Shown in pieces: positions 26,257 to 40,447 of a stretch of 64,000 nucleotides of DNA. Where the stretch lies: contig NC_083278.1 in assembly GCF_963506605.1 (NCBI RefSeq), positions 68,572,001 through 68,636,000 of the forward strand, written 5' to 3'. This stretch comes from Zootoca vivipara. Taxonomy: Eukaryota. Every line of letters begins with the position of its first letter. The stretch's first letter is position 1. A model generated the notes under the pieces. That model saw only the letters and a program-made list of their open reading frames with translations. It did no database searches and was not told where the DNA came from. The translations under genes were made by a program, and so were the position numbers.

Positions 26257-27519
26257 ATCTCTCTCCCAAAGGAATGGACTCCACAAAGTTTTGGTTTTTA
26301 GATCTGATGTCTTAAATGTTATAACTTAGAGACCTATTGTTGTGCACACAACCAAACGGTTCTCCAGCAGGGATCCCGATTTCTCTGGCGCAGGAAGCCC
26401 AAGTGTTAGCTACAGGATTCAACATTTACAACGGCATTCTGGCGAGGCAGTGAGTCTCAGTAAGTTTGGCACTGGAGTCGGCTTCTTAGGAAAGAGATGA
26501 CAGCAGATGGCCTCAAGGGAAGTTCAGAAGCATGACTCATTCCAGGCTGCTAAACAGGGTGCACACTGTTGACTCAAGGGGAAGAGCTGACAGGAAGCAG
26601 TCATGGCTAATTGTAGGTCCTACATTTATACCTCCCCCAGCAGGTGTCACTACAAGATAAGATGGGTTATAGATCCAAAAGTATAGGGTGCAATTAGAAA
26701 GAGGGGGAAATGAGAAATATGTGTGTCAATGGGAGAGAGAGAGAGAAAAAGTGACAACAACATTAAGAAAGGAAAAGGAGTATTTTACCTACAAGGACAA
26801 ACATGACAATTCAGCACTATTACCAACAACAGAAATCAGCTTATTAGAGAAATGTACATATTACGCTAGATGCATAATATTAGCAGTCTATAGTCTTCCT
26901 TACAACTATTACAACTATTACATCTATAGGGGAAATTACTCTAAGGTAGTAGTTAATAAGCCACAAACACTAAAAATACTTTTTGTGATGCACTATACTA
27001 TCACAAACAGCGTACAGAAGTATTAATCAATATTATATTGGATTTCCCCCCCCAAGATTCTACAATGGAGGGTAATAATAATAGAAACAGTAGCCATAGT
27101 TAAGATTTCTTGTTACCAACTGTTAAAATTTGGGGTGGGTGGAGGGTGAGAAACAGTTTAACCAGAATACAAATTTTCATTTTAAAAGGCAGTCTCTATA
27201 CAATCTCTGCAGCTGTCCTGCCACCCAGCCATTCTGTAGGCATTCAGACACTTCACTATAATGTTCCAAAAATCAATAGCAATTTATTCTCTCTTTGGAC
27301 CCCAAGCAACAAAAGTAAATAATACTGTCACCTCCAGTCTGCCTGCAGAACATGGTCACAAAACAGTCTTGCCACGATAATACAACCCTATATGGTTCTT
27401 TATCTATGCTGGCTCTGTTGATTGTATTGGCTTTCATAAGGGACAAATACTTCAGTGAACTAACACAAAGGGGTCAGGTTCTTATACCACAGCCAAAAAA
27501 AAGAGAGAGCTTGAGGCTA

Positions 27520-27900
27520 AATTAAGAGCAACATTTGACCCCTCTCATTTCACCTATGTTGATTTTGTTAGGACAGAAATAGAATACACGTATAACCTCC
27601 TCAATCATTTTTTTTAAAAGAGCATGCCTCTTTGAGTGAGAATATATGACACCTATTTGGAAGCCTCCACTCACCTTTAAAACCTTGTCCTTCAAAAAGG
27701 TCAGCAGCTGAACTGTTATTTGTTGAACACCATCCATCATGGGCTTGGCACGTCACCAAGTAAGTAAGTAAGTAAATAAAGCCCTCATTCCAAAAGGATC
27801 GCCAGCCTACGTTAAAGGAATGGCTGGTCAAAGGAAGCGTTGCAGAGGACTTCCATGGAAATTTTACTGGTCATTTTAGATTTTGCCTGGTTTGTTATTT
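27520..27900 (+). mobile_element. Degraded L1/Tx1-type ORF2 C-terminal fragment
   Basis: cct acg tta aag gaa tgg ctg gtc aaa = PTLKEWLVK, typical of the C-terminus of non-mammalian L1/Tx1 ORF2; surrounding frames are broken. Confidence 0.4.
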
Positions 27901-30491
27901 CACTGTTCCTAAACTGGGATTAGGCAACGGATGAGCTATGCTGGAGCTTTTTTGGACACTAAATCAACTAACTCCTGTGTTGCGAACTCCAGACTAAAGA
28001 CAACAGCGGCAACACATGGACCGATGAAAACTGAGGGCATAAATGTATATCTTTATGTATATCTTTATAAGTTGCAGCGAAGCGATATTCAAGAGTACAG
28101 TCCATATAGTATCAAAATAAAATTCATCCAGCGATATAATTTGAATGCTTAAAAATATCTGTCGATGCAAATAGCAGCAAATAATAGACAGATAATGACA
28201 CTGTTTCGACGTGGTCTTCCTCAGTGTTCAACTCAGAGATGTATACAGTCAACTCCTAAGGAGCAGTGGTCATATTTTTTGGAAGCATTTGGGGCCTTGC
28301 GTGTCATGAGAAAAACATTACAGTTTGGGTAGGCAAGCAACCACTGGCTCCAATCTCCTTCATTTCCTTTTTGCCTTTCTGTAAACGGTGGTTTGTTTTT
28401 TTCTGCTGCTGCTGACGTGGTCTTAGGAAGTTTTGGAGGAAATTTCCTCCGATTATGCCTCTGTGGAAGGGTGCTGTGTCCAGCAGCTATGGAAGCGGTT
28501 ACTTTTACAACCCACCCAACAATTCCCCTGCCAGGATGCTCTTCCCATCCGACTCTAAAAGGAAACGAGGCTCTTAGTCTCGATAACAGAACCTCCTCAA
28601 TCAGAAGCAGCATGCCTGTGAATACCAGCTGATGGGGAAAACAAGCCTGGCTAGTCACCACTGGAAGGATGAGGGTGGGCTACATGGACTCTTGATCCAA
28701 TCCTCAAAACTCTTATGCTGCAGATTTCAAATACATTTTTAAAAGCAAATTTTGGATTAACCAAGCCTTTCTTGGCAATTTACGGTATAAGGACTTGTCT
28801 TTGTAGGTTGGGGGCGGGGGGGATAAAATGACCCCAAGTTGTTCTGAAAGTGTTCACACAAAACATAAGCACAGGACATGCACCTTGCATACAACAGTTC
28901 ATGATGCTGTTTCAGGAAGTGCATAGGATACTAGCAGAATGTTCACTGTCATTTGCTCCTTACGCCCTGCAGTGTAAGTTATAGGTCGCAGGAGAGTGCA
29001 GGAAAAACCACATCATGGGTAAGCACATAAGACATTTTAAGACCTATTGATTTCATGCCAGTCTATATTATACTTCCCTTTCCGAATGGTCACTGGTTGT
29101 TCTTCTAAATCAGAGATTCTCCATGTTGCCATCATGATGAAAAAGTATGCAAGAAAGATTCTCTTGACTACACTCAATGGACCAGGTCAACACATCACAT
29201 TTATTTTTCTAGGGCTACACCTGTTTTGTGGTATTCGTGCAGGTACTTTGTCAAAACTCTGAGCCTGGCTATATTTCTTTGCTAGGCCTGTGACAAATCT
29301 GGATACGCTACTGGTTGAAACTTTCATAAGAAACTCCGTTGGTAACATTTGTGCTTTTCGCACAAGTTTTAAAGAAATAAATAGAGAGCTTAGGGACTCA
29401 CAGCTCCACAAGAATCATTTACATTTAAGGAAGGGTTTTCCTTTGACAGGCAGTGGGTGCAAAGGGTGCAAAAGGAGAGAGAAATTTAGATAAAAGGCAT
29501 TTTAGGAGCTTATAACATATAAACAATAACATTATGGAAATATGAATAATCCATAAGTGATATCTGATATGTCATCCCCAAATGTGATTTGGAGGGTTGA
29601 GAGAATCCCAGAACAGATTGAGGGGTCTCATAGGGGCTGAAGAAGGGGATACAACTCAGCCTTAGTATTATGTTGAATACAACCCCATATCTATTTTGGC
29701 AGCTGTCCTTTTTTGTTGTTCATGGATTTTTCTTCCATGGTTGTGTTTGTGTTTTTTCCTACTTTACTCCCTAGTTCTCAAACCCAGTGTACAAATGTCA
29801 CAACCATCTATTGCTGCCACCAATCACACAATATCTACTTTGTACCTTCCCCCAAATAATAATGATCACCATGAAAATAAAAAATCTGACAGCCAATTAA
29901 AGTTAATACACCCTCTTTAACACCCATCCAACCCAAGAGGCACCATGGATACCTGATTTAATGCAGTTTTCCTTTTAAAGACCGGGACACAGTAACACCA
30001 GAATATACTGCAGACATTTATGAAACTTCTAGAAATATATGAAGGATTGTTTATTTCATTATCTAATGAAACAGTAAATAACATGTTGTAAAAAGTAATG
30101 CATGCTCAAATCACAGGCAGGAGAAGAGAAAACTTGCTTCAGATATAAAGCCTGGGAGATCATCATAAAATTAGCTATTGTAGGCATAATCATATAATAA
30201 AAATCATTCCAGCGTATCTACTGGGCACATCAGGTAGGAACTATCAGGCACATCAGAAGGTTGCATATCAAACAGCCACTGCATTGGAAACCACTTTAAA
30301 TTGCTCCCCATGGCAGCTGCTTCCAGGCAGCAAGCCATTTATATGTTGTAGCTCAGCACACATGACCAAGGGATTTTCTATGCTGAAAAAGTAGTAAAAA
30401 AATCCCAAAGCAATGGTTAGTTCAGGTGTCTAGCCATTAGTTTCTGCCTTATGCTAAGAAAAAGGAAACAAGCTCAAGGTGGCTTACAAGT

Positions 30492-31065
30492 TGCAGACTT
30501 CCTATAAACACCCGCCCACCTCTCCCTATATTTAGGGCTTGCACACATGACCTTACTATGCCATCGTGTGTCGTCTGTTGTTGGGACAGGGGCACGGCAG
30601 GAATTTTCCCCACTTGGCTGATTGGCTGGTGCCATTTGGATTTTGCCTACCGAGTAGCAAATAGTCACAACTTGTAAGGTTGCGGATAGGCACTGGTTCA
30701 GGTGATAGGGGTGGCAGAGCGGTCTGGCCATCCCTATGTGATGGGTATTCCATTAAAGGAATCCTGGGACTCTTGATTGGTCAACCCTGAGAGGGGTTTT
30801 GCCTTGAGCCAGAGTCCAGGGGGGCATCTGGCTGGTAGACTGGCTTGACCCCGCCTTCCACTATGTCGGGTGTTTACCCAAGGCTGACCTACGGTCTGCC
30901 CTGGGTCAGCTCTGCCTGCAAGTGTGCAGGGAGCTAGTTGAACCAGAGCCTATGCAACCACTCACTTGATTGTAATCAATAAAGTGGTGGCCTAAATTCT
31001 GCCAAAAACCAAACCAAAAATTTGAGTCTTGTCTTAATTTATTTGGGGTGGTCAAAGGGTCTACA
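30492..31065 (+). mobile_element. Probable solo LTR
   Basis: TG...CA ends with imperfect inverted termini (tgcagac/gtctaca), CCAAT-like tgattgg twice, AATAAA at ~30978, GC-richer than flanks. No clear TSD. Confidence 0.5.
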
Positions 31066-31104
31066 CGTGCAATTGGTGAGACTGAAGATATCTAAATTCT
31101 AAAT

Positions 31105-31538
31105 TCTGGAAACGATGCCTTATGAGGAACGGCTTAGGGAGCTGGGTATGTTTAGCCTGGAGAAGAGAAGGTTAAGGGGTGATATGATAACCATGTTCAA
31201 ATATATAAAAGGATGTCATATAAAGGAGGGAGAAAGGTTGTTTTCTGCTGCTCCAGAGAAGCGGACACGGAGCAACGGATTCAAACTACAAGGAAGAAAA
31301 TTCCACCTAAACATTAGGAAGAACTTCCTGACAGCAAGAGCTGTTCGGCAGTGGAATTTGCTGCCAAGGAGTGTGGTGGAGTCTCCTTCTTTGGAGGTCT
31401 TTAAGCAGAGGCTTGACAGCCATCTGTCAGGAATGCTTTGATGGTGTTTCCTGCTTGGCAGGGGGTTGGACTGGATGGCCCTTGTGGTCTCTTCCAACTC
31501 TATGATTCTATGATTCTATGATTCTATGATTCTATGAT
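31105..31538 (+). mobile_element. Young CR1 LINE 3' end
   Basis: Open ORF2 C-terminus (YEERLRELGMFSLEKRRLRGDMI...WNLLPRSVVESPSLEVFKQRLD) and (ATTCTATG)n tail. Confidence 0.96.
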
Positions 31539-32342
31539 CTCCTTTCACAACTTCACTTCTTACTTTAATGCAAAACAAAGGAGAAACATTAATGACTTGA
31601 CATCTGTGAGCTCCCGTTTGTGAAAAGGGAACCTGAGTTAATAAAAGAGGAATCAAGGCCAAATGAAAATCCCAAATAAGGCGTCATAGCTTATTCTACA
31701 GATCAGACATATTACGTAATTGTATCCAACAACTGGGTTGATCACATTCAGATGTGAACACAGCCGTTAACTGGGGACTCCCTTTTGTGTATAGTCCCCC
31801 CCCCAAAAAAAGTATTGGGTTTTTCTTTTGGTGACTAAAACAAGCACATCAAACAATAAAGAACTTCATCTGAATAATACAGATGTGAAAACTTCATCTA
31901 CTGTAAGATGTAACGCAGCTGGCATTCCATTACCTACTACACATTTCCCTTTAGACAAAGTATTTAATTTTCTTGATTTACCCTCATCATTTCTTGATGA
32001 TGTTCCAGTCAATTTTAAATTAATAGACTGCCTTCATTTCAAATAAGCAGACTACCCTTTAGTAACATGTTATAAACACTACAAAAGACAGATTATTTTT
32101 GATGATGTATGCCAGCTCCTCCAATTTCAGTGTGTCTTACTTTGCTATTCTGAACTCAATCCAATTGTGTCTGGAATTGGGGGTGGGGATATCTTAATTC
32201 AGGCTCGAAATAGTTCCACAACTAACCAATCAATAGTATGTACCAAAAGTCTGTAACTATGTGAAAATTAATACCATCCATGTTATGGGGGTCAGAGTCA
32301 ATTTAGTATTTGTGGAACAATACTGAAACAAAACATGTAAAC

Positions 32343-32930
32343 CAGAGCTGGATTAAACATTAAGCAAAATAAGCATGTGCTTAGGGCATCAAGGGGAGGG
32401 GGCACCACAGAATTTTTCCATTGCCTGTTTAGTGCAACAACAAAAAATGTAAAAGCAAGATTCAGTCACGCTTATTTATAAATTTATAATTATTTATAAA
32501 ATAATTATAAAATACAATATTGAGTGTGCCTTTCCAAATGTAGACATTTGCTTTTGTATATTTTTAACATTAATGGTCACAAATGACTCAGCTGAGTGTT
32601 CATTTTCTCAGTTGAAGTATATTAAAAATCCCAACAGAACAACTATGCAACAAGGCAGGCTGGATGCCTTATCTCTACCAAGTATAGAAGCAGATGTGTT
32701 ACATAAGATTGGTTTCCAGGATCTGATCAAAGACTTTGCAATTAGAAGAGAAAAAAAATCAAATATAAAGTGGATGTATACAAAATCAAAACTTATTTTC
32801 CATCTTGCTGTAGGTTTTTGTCTCACTTCCAAAAATAAAATTTTATTTTCATTATTGTTTATATTTTGAATTAGATATATAAGGGGGCACTAAAATCTTT
32901 TAAGTGCTTATGGCCTCTAATGTCTTAAAA
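32343..32930 (+). mobile_element. Internally deleted hAT (Tip100-like) transposon with transposase dimerisation-domain remnant
   Basis: FPNVDICFCIFLTLMVTNDSAECSFSQLKYIKNPNRTTMQQGRLDALSLPSIE matches the hAT C-terminal dimerisation motif; left end cagagctggatt. Confidence 0.85.
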
Positions 32931-35095
32931 AATCCCAAACATTTCCTTCCTATTTGGCCCAAAGGGTTCTCAGAATGGCTTACTAATCAAGGATAACAGC
33001 AGTCTCTGCCCTCAGGCTTGCTACTTAAAAGAATGCACAAAATGAAAAAAAGGATGCTAAGGAAGAGGAAAAATGCAAATTTACTCTGCAATTCTTAAAG
33101 TAAAAAGTGTGCAATGACATTGATATAAAAAAGTAACGGTAAGCATCCACTTTAATTTTGTCTTCTAGTAACTGTTTCATCTTAAGCACTCTTGTGGTAA
33201 ACACAAAGGATGATCAATATCCCTTCCAGATTGTCATAGGCCATACTTTACGCTGTAGTGTTTCTATCAACGCTTGAACATAAATGCCCAATTGCTGGGA
33301 TGATTGCTGACAGGCTAACACTTACCTGTTGTTCTCCTCTTGTACCAGTTACTATAAATATCAACACAATGGCATGGGGTTTCATTTTTTTAGTTTTTAA
33401 AAAACAGAGTAGTGGAGCTTAATAGGAGAGTTCGCTATTGGCGTAACACTTTCAGGCTCAAAGATACTCATCTCTACTATTTCTGATACATGATTTGCCA
33501 GTCCTTTGGAGACATTCAAGTATTGATGCATCCAAGTCACCTTTCCTCCCTTGTTAACAAGCAACTGTTGTGTTGTGGAGTGTTTGGGGGGTTGTTGGTT
33601 TGTTTAATGCTTCTGATTTGTCAAGACCTGACGAACAGGATGGTTTTTACAGAGTGTACCATTTTCACTCCTTCAGGAGACTACAAGGCCACATGAAACC
33701 AGGCTAGTTATTAATTTTTAATGGCAACTTCCTTGGTTCATGACAGGAACATCTCTCTCTCTCTTTCTCACTACTATTCGTACTGAAGAAAAAACTTTGC
33801 AAGGAAAGAAAGAAAAACAGCATTCATACGAGTGATTTTCCAAACTGTCAAGTAACCCTCTCCACACTGACTTCTCCGCCGAGAAACCAGGCACACTGAA
33901 GATGATCCAGGTGTTCTACAATGAACAAGCCGTGCCTGATGTGTCTCACCATCCCTCAGCACAACATTCTCCTGCTCGTCAACAACATCCTATTTTCTCT
34001 GGGGCTCCACAAAAGAAAGTTTGAAACCCACTTGCACCAAAGACAAGATTTAAGAGGATCAGTTGCTAGTCTATTGCTCAAAAGTTTCTCTTTTAGCTTT
34101 GACATGGCTTGGTCACTCACAGTAGATGGTAACTAACAGGCAGCCAATAAAGCAGTCCACCTTTTCTGTTCGGATGGTCAACTCACCTACAGGGTGAAAG
34201 GGAGCTGTGGAAGTTCTGGGAAGAGGGTGCTTTTGGGGATGTTTTGGTAGTGCCTGAACACTGCTCCAGCACTTCAACAAACTGAATAGACTCTTCTCCG
34301 CCAAACCTTTATTAGGCATTAAAAGTACAGGCCATCATAATACATCCATATACAAAAATTTGAAATATATACAAAGAAACGGCCATATAAAATATGCAAC
34401 ATCAAGGATTTTCACTGGCGTTTACCGAACAGACTATTCAGTTTTAACAATTTCAAGTTGAAATGTCAAAAATTGGGTGTTTCATGCACTTCTAATGGAT
34501 TCTATCAGCATTCAGATACCAAATTCTACTTACTCTTAAAGCAATTGTTACTCAGCATATGACGAAAATGCCAAGCTAATTGAATTAGGAATTCAGCTCT
34601 TCTGACTGCCCATACAGCAAAGATAAAACCCATCTATTGCTAATTCTGTCTGTAGCAACGATCATATGATTTTACCGACATGGATGTTCCATATATTTTG
34701 AATGATGTGTTAACACTGTTAACAGTATTGATATTCACTGGAGACACAGCATATTGAGCAATGGTTGAAACTATTCTCCTTATGTTCATGTCCCAAGACC
34801 AAATCTAAGGAGAAAGAATTCTACAGCGTTTACATCCCATTTCTAAACACTTTAAGAGCCGAATCCCACACATGTTAATTAAGCAGTACCTCCCAGCAAG
34901 TTCAATTGGGCTTGTTCCAAAGCAATCATGCAGAGAGCGGCCTCCTCATTTCAAGGGGGAGCATCTGAAGCAAAGCCCCCTAAGGGCTAAAGTAGCCTCT
35001 ACAATCATGAACAATGCAAAGTCATATACACATTTGGGTGACTGGGGGCTTATTATGGCAGTGGCTGGGTATTTCTTTTCTTACAAGCTTTGGGG

Positions 35096-35098
<3 letters not shown>

Positions 35099-35137
<39 letters not shown>
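35099..35137. repeat. (TG)n microsatellite
   Basis: Direct reading. Confidence 0.95.
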
Positions 35138-35140
<3 letters not shown>

Positions 35141-38100
35141 AAAAAGAGACACACATCATGGCAAATCTCCCACCACCAAAATCATTTTTTAATTTTTTTC
35201 CAGTTTCTATGCTGTTTTAGTGATAGTATTCAGATGATGCTATTATTTTATTATATTCCTTTTGTATTCCTTTTATATGTTGTTGATTGTGTGGGTTTTT
35301 TTTTGTTTTTTGGAAGGAACCCTTGTTTTGAAAAGTGGCATAAAAGTTCTTTTTAAAAATGTTTGTGTGGAGAGCGTCAAACTGTACCCCCTAAAGCAGA
35401 GCAGCAATATGGCCTCCTCCGATTTGCTACCACCAATCAGGGGTGACACATTGGCTGGGGAAACCCAGACAGATGGGTGGTTTATAAATAATAAATTATT
35501 ATTATTATTATTAGGGGTGACCATTTTGGCTTTACAAATAATGAAAGGGACACATGACTCATACGCTTACTCAGAAGTAAATCCTACTGTGTTCAGTAAG
35601 ATTTATTCATGGGTAAACATGCTCAAGATTTCTCCAACAATATCCTGAATAGTCCGATTTTTTTAGTTGCCTTTGCATCCACCTTGGCAATAAACTGAAA
35701 CTGCTCCTCTGCAGCAGTAGTGCTGTTGTGACAAGCCACTAATTTCACAAACAAGTATTCCACAGAAAAGAAATGCAGATAAGCTGATTAAAATAAATAT
35801 GTGACCCAAGGAAGGAAGGAAGGGACATCACTACAATGGGACTTAGTACAACCCACTCCTATCTGGTATCATATTTACAGCAGCAACAACAAAAGCCATG
35901 CTAACACCAGCGGCCTTGATTGGGATTCGATCTGACTGTTTTGGTACAAAGCCCATCTCCAGTGCTTTCAAGTCAAACGCTGACAACTGTCAATACTAGC
36001 TGATCTTGTCCACATCTGCCATCTGCAATGCAAGGCAGTATAATCTATATAAAGGAATGAGAAGGAATTGAAAATACTTTATAGCTGTTCAGCTTATGGG
36101 AATAAAAAAAAGCATGTAAAATCAATGTCATTTCCCAAGTGCAGCCTATTATCAGAGCCCGTTAAAGTATTTACTCAAGCTCAGCTGAAATTTTTCAGAA
36201 GACATTTTTCTGAAGAAAAAAAAATCAGGTAATTTTTGTTTTACTCACCCTCCCTGCCCCCTTATAAAAAGAAGCCCCCCCTGCAGGATTTTCTCTACAC
36301 GTTCACCACCATTTTTTATGGTAACTGCCACTTCCGGCCCTCCCTAAACACACACACACAGAGAGAGACCAACCGACCGACCCCAGGACAACACTAGGCA
36401 GTGTGGCAAGTGCAAAATTGTGGATGTCCTGCCAGCACGGCTGTTCCTGCCACTTGCACCAGCAGCAACAGAAGAATACGGTTAGGGAAAGAAGTTGTGC
36501 TACTTTCACAGCTAACAGTGAGCCCCACCCCAGAGAATCCAACAGAGGACCTCACTTTACCTTGGAGAAGTTCAATGAAAGGTTTTCCTCAGTCTCTCTA
36601 CCCACAAGTAGGGTGCATAATCTGAAGAGGTCATTTGTACATAGGTTTCATAGGTGTTAAACAAGGATTAAAAAGGGCATAAAATAAGAAACACATTAAT
36701 ACACTTGAATGGAAATAAAAATAAAATGGCAACCTTTTTGCAATCACTGTCAGAGCAAAACCATAGGATGAAAAATAATGATTTCTGGTTTACAATACTG
36801 CATGGGCATTTTCATCTGCTATTGTTTGAACAAGTGGTTTTGTAAGCAGACAAGCAAGCGGGCATTCAACAAAAAGCTACAGTGGAAACATTTAAGTTCT
36901 GTAAATCTGTCATGCTCAAGTGGTTGCTAGTTTTCAGTACAACTGTACTTGACACTCTTTACCTGAAGCTTCAGAGATTAAAATAAAAGCACCACAGCAG
37001 CAACATTCAAAAAAGGTCGCATTACACATATATTGTCTTTTTTATTTATTGTATTGTTCTCCTCTGACCACCTTAGAAATATATCACGGTGCTGTCTCTC
37101 AAGATGCCATGGTTACAGCTCAGGCATTCATTTTAATGGGCTGAGAGAGTGGGTGCTTTGAGGATCAAACTGCCATGGCTTCTATTATCAGATGTCTTCC
37201 TGCCATTCACTAGCTGTGCAAGATGTGATCAGGCCCGGTTTCAAAGACTCGCTCCACTGATTATAGACAGTCTTGTGTTTCTGAGAGTTGTAGTTCTGGC
37301 AGAGAAAATGCAAGGTTGAATCCCTGCTGACAACTGTCATGCCTGCCTGTCACCCCCAGGCAGTGCACAAAAACATTCTGGGTGTGAATTTGGGCCGCTC
37401 CCCTCTTCTAGGCTGAAACATGTGCAGAAACCCGACTGAAACATTTTGCAGGGGATTTTCTCTTTTCACGAAGAATGTTATTTCACAGTTGTATCCTGCT
37501 TCGAGTCCCAGGATAAGTGGATTTAAAAATAAAATAAAATATAACTAACGTGCATTTGAGGAGTTCCGAGTAACAACACAGTACAGTATTACTCTCCATA
37601 CATGGAGATACAAGTCACTCCCTTGAAAAACAGCACAGAGATTAAGTTTACAGCTTATTTACATCCTTTATACTAAATCTTAGTTTAGTTATTAGGAGGA
37701 GCCTGGCTAACTAAGCCTAAAGCCCCTCCAATCCAAGACCCTATTTCAAATAAATAAATAAAACCCCACCCATCTGGCTGGGTTTCCCAATCATGTGCAG
37801 ATGTCTCTGGGAAGTTCATAGGACAATAGTCCCCCGTTGTTTGTTCCTGGTGCCTGATATTGACACATACTGATTCTTATGGTGGCTCCATTTAGCCACC
37901 ATGGCTAATGACTACTGCTGGGTGGTGGTGGGGAGTAATTGTGAGGGTGTCAGTTTCCACAACATTTGTACCTTCCAGACCACTTTCTGGCAGTGTCCCT
38001 TGAGAATACAGAACTTGGCATCTTTAATCTTGATAGTACAGATTCATTTGTGTGCCTGTTTTGAAAGACTACAAGATGGCACAGAAATTGTAGGATTGGT

Positions 38101-39627
38101 ATACATCGGGTGGCTAGATCAGCTGAACTTCCAGTTCTACATTCCTGTTTTTCTTCACCATAATAACTGAAGCTTTTCTCATTCTTTTTTAAGGAAAGGT
38201 CAGAGGGGTTTACGTCATTCTCACACTTTGTTACTTGTTATGTTCAGCATCCTATTATACAGTCGCTGAGAATTCTCCGATTTGATTTACAAATGTCAAA
38301 CTGGCACATTAGTTCATGTGTGTGTTTTACTCTTAATGGGAGAACACGCAACATTCCCAGCTGGTCTGCTTGGTAGCCCCGTTTGGCCAGATGCCTGCCT
38401 TAAAAAAATGAACGGTGTTATTCAGGTAAAATAATAACAAAAGGAGTATCCTACACACTCTGCAGTTTTACTTGCAAGTAAAAGCATCAACCAGCATATT
38501 TTGGAGGAGATGGAAACCAGGCAGTGCTAAATAATGAGCACATTTATTATAATAGGCGCACTTAGCTTAGGAAAATCAATGTTGCAGGAAAAAATCCCAC
38601 TGCTTCAAAAACCACCAAGAACGCCCCCCCCCCAACCCATAGGTACTTTATATAATTGCAACAAAGCTCAAAGTACCTTAATTTTACAGTAATGATATAT
38701 AGCAATGCAATATGTGTGAGTTTCACTCAAAGTGAAACAAGGACAGCCAATATTGCTAGCTCTTGTCTTTCCCCACTTCTGTTTCATCTGTGCAAATGAC
38801 AGAGTAAATTAAGCCTCTCTGTTTAGAATGTGCTTTATCTTCCAAAGGTTGCTTCATTATATTCCTTTTCAGAAATTTAAGATTTAAAAAACTGTATTCA
38901 TGTTAAATCAGCTTTCTAATCTGTGCCACACAATCTCATATTGCAATGGTTTATAACCAGTTCTTATTCCAGTTCAGGTGAGCTGATGAAATAAACAGCT
39001 CCAAAAAAAAACCCTGCATTTGCAGAATAAAGTAAGATCTAACAATGCAACCTTAATATAAATGTTGACAAATGCTGACACAAGTTGTCAAGAACCATTT
39101 CAATGAGCGACAATGCAAATAACCATGGCTATCTAAGTCCCGTGCAGCACTTCACTTTTATTAAGAATAGCAATGCACAGATATGGCATCACAATCGGGC
39201 GGGGGACAGATCCCCCTGATAGCCAACAAGAAGAGAAGAGAAGAAGTGAAGGATGATACTGACATACAGTATATTGTGGGAGGGCCATAGAAGATACCAT
39301 ACCTACTGATGGTACAGTTAAGGAAGGAGAATGTAGACCGGCAGGAGGTCCATCCACTCCAGGTTTCCTTGCTCTTACCTCCCAGCAGAAATGGGTGAAA
39401 TGACAACAGCTGATTAGAGAAGGGTTTTTCATGGGTATCTGGACGGCAGAGAGAAGGGCTAATTCAGGCATGCTAGCTCTGCCCAATATTATTTAAGAAG
39501 CTTTCCCCTTCCCACATTTCACAGTGCTTCGTTCAAGAGAACAGTATCACTATGAAGCTTGCCAACTCCTCAACAGGGCCTAGGACAATTCTTTTTTCGC
39601 TCATCTAAACTGGTCTACTTGCATATA

Positions 39628-40106
39628 CAGTGGTACCTTGATTCTCAAACATCTTGGTACTCAAACAACTTGGAACCCAAACACTGCGAACTTGCAAGCA
39701 AGTGTTCTGGTTTGTGAACTTTTTTTGGAAGCCGAACATGCTCCATTTTGGGTGTTCTGCTACCGATTTGAGTGCCACACTTCTGTTTTGAGTGTTACGC
39801 TGAGGTCTGTTTTTGTTATTTTCTGACTTTGCTTTTGCGGCTCTTTTCATTTTGTTTTTGTGACTGTGTGGAACCCAGTTCAGCTAGTGATTGATTGATT
39901 GACTGCAGTACACTGTTTATTGCTTTCATTTTATGAATCAATGGTCTCATTAGATAGTAAAATTCATGTCAAATTGCTGTTTTAGGGCTTCTTTTAAAAG
40001 TCTGGAACGGATTAATCCATTTTGCATTACTTTCTCTGGGAAAGTGCGCCTTGGTTTTGGAATGGACTTCCGGAACGGATTAAGTTTGAGAACCAACGTA
40101 CCACCA
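39628..40106. mobile_element. Tc1/mariner (Tigger/pogo-like) non-autonomous element
   Basis: ta|cagtggtaccttgattctcaaac ... gtttgagaaccaacgtaccacca|ta: TIRs with TA duplication. Confidence 0.85.
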
Positions 40107-40261
40107 TATGTTTTTGCCTTCCCTGACAGATACAGCAGCCATCTTGAAACAGTGGCAGGTACAAAACATTGCCTTGTGAAAATTCCAGAAGAGTCGGTCA
40201 AGGGTGAGGAATTCTTTACTTCTGCAGAATGGGGGTCTCTTTGAGATAGCACCCCTAAGAG

Positions 40262-40447
40262 CAGGGGTGCCAACTTGAATAATATATTGGGGGGGCAAGT
40301 GAGCCCTAACCTTCATAATCGATCACATGATGTGGTGCGCAGACACCATTTGAATAGCAGTGCCCATCAACTTTGGGGAGGCCTGGCTTCCTTAAATATT
40401 TTATTGGGGGGGCAAAGACCCCTTGACCCTAGGAGTTGGCTCCTATG
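40262..40447. mobile_element. hAT MITE
   Basis: TIRs caggggtgccaact/agttggctcctatg; TSD cctaagag versus cct(act)aagag. Confidence 0.75.

Noticed and set aside
32573-32869. Domesticated ZMYM/ZBED-type gene
   Set aside because: Only the dimerisation-domain remnant inside an internally deleted transposon, with substitutions in the conserved ERSFS motif.
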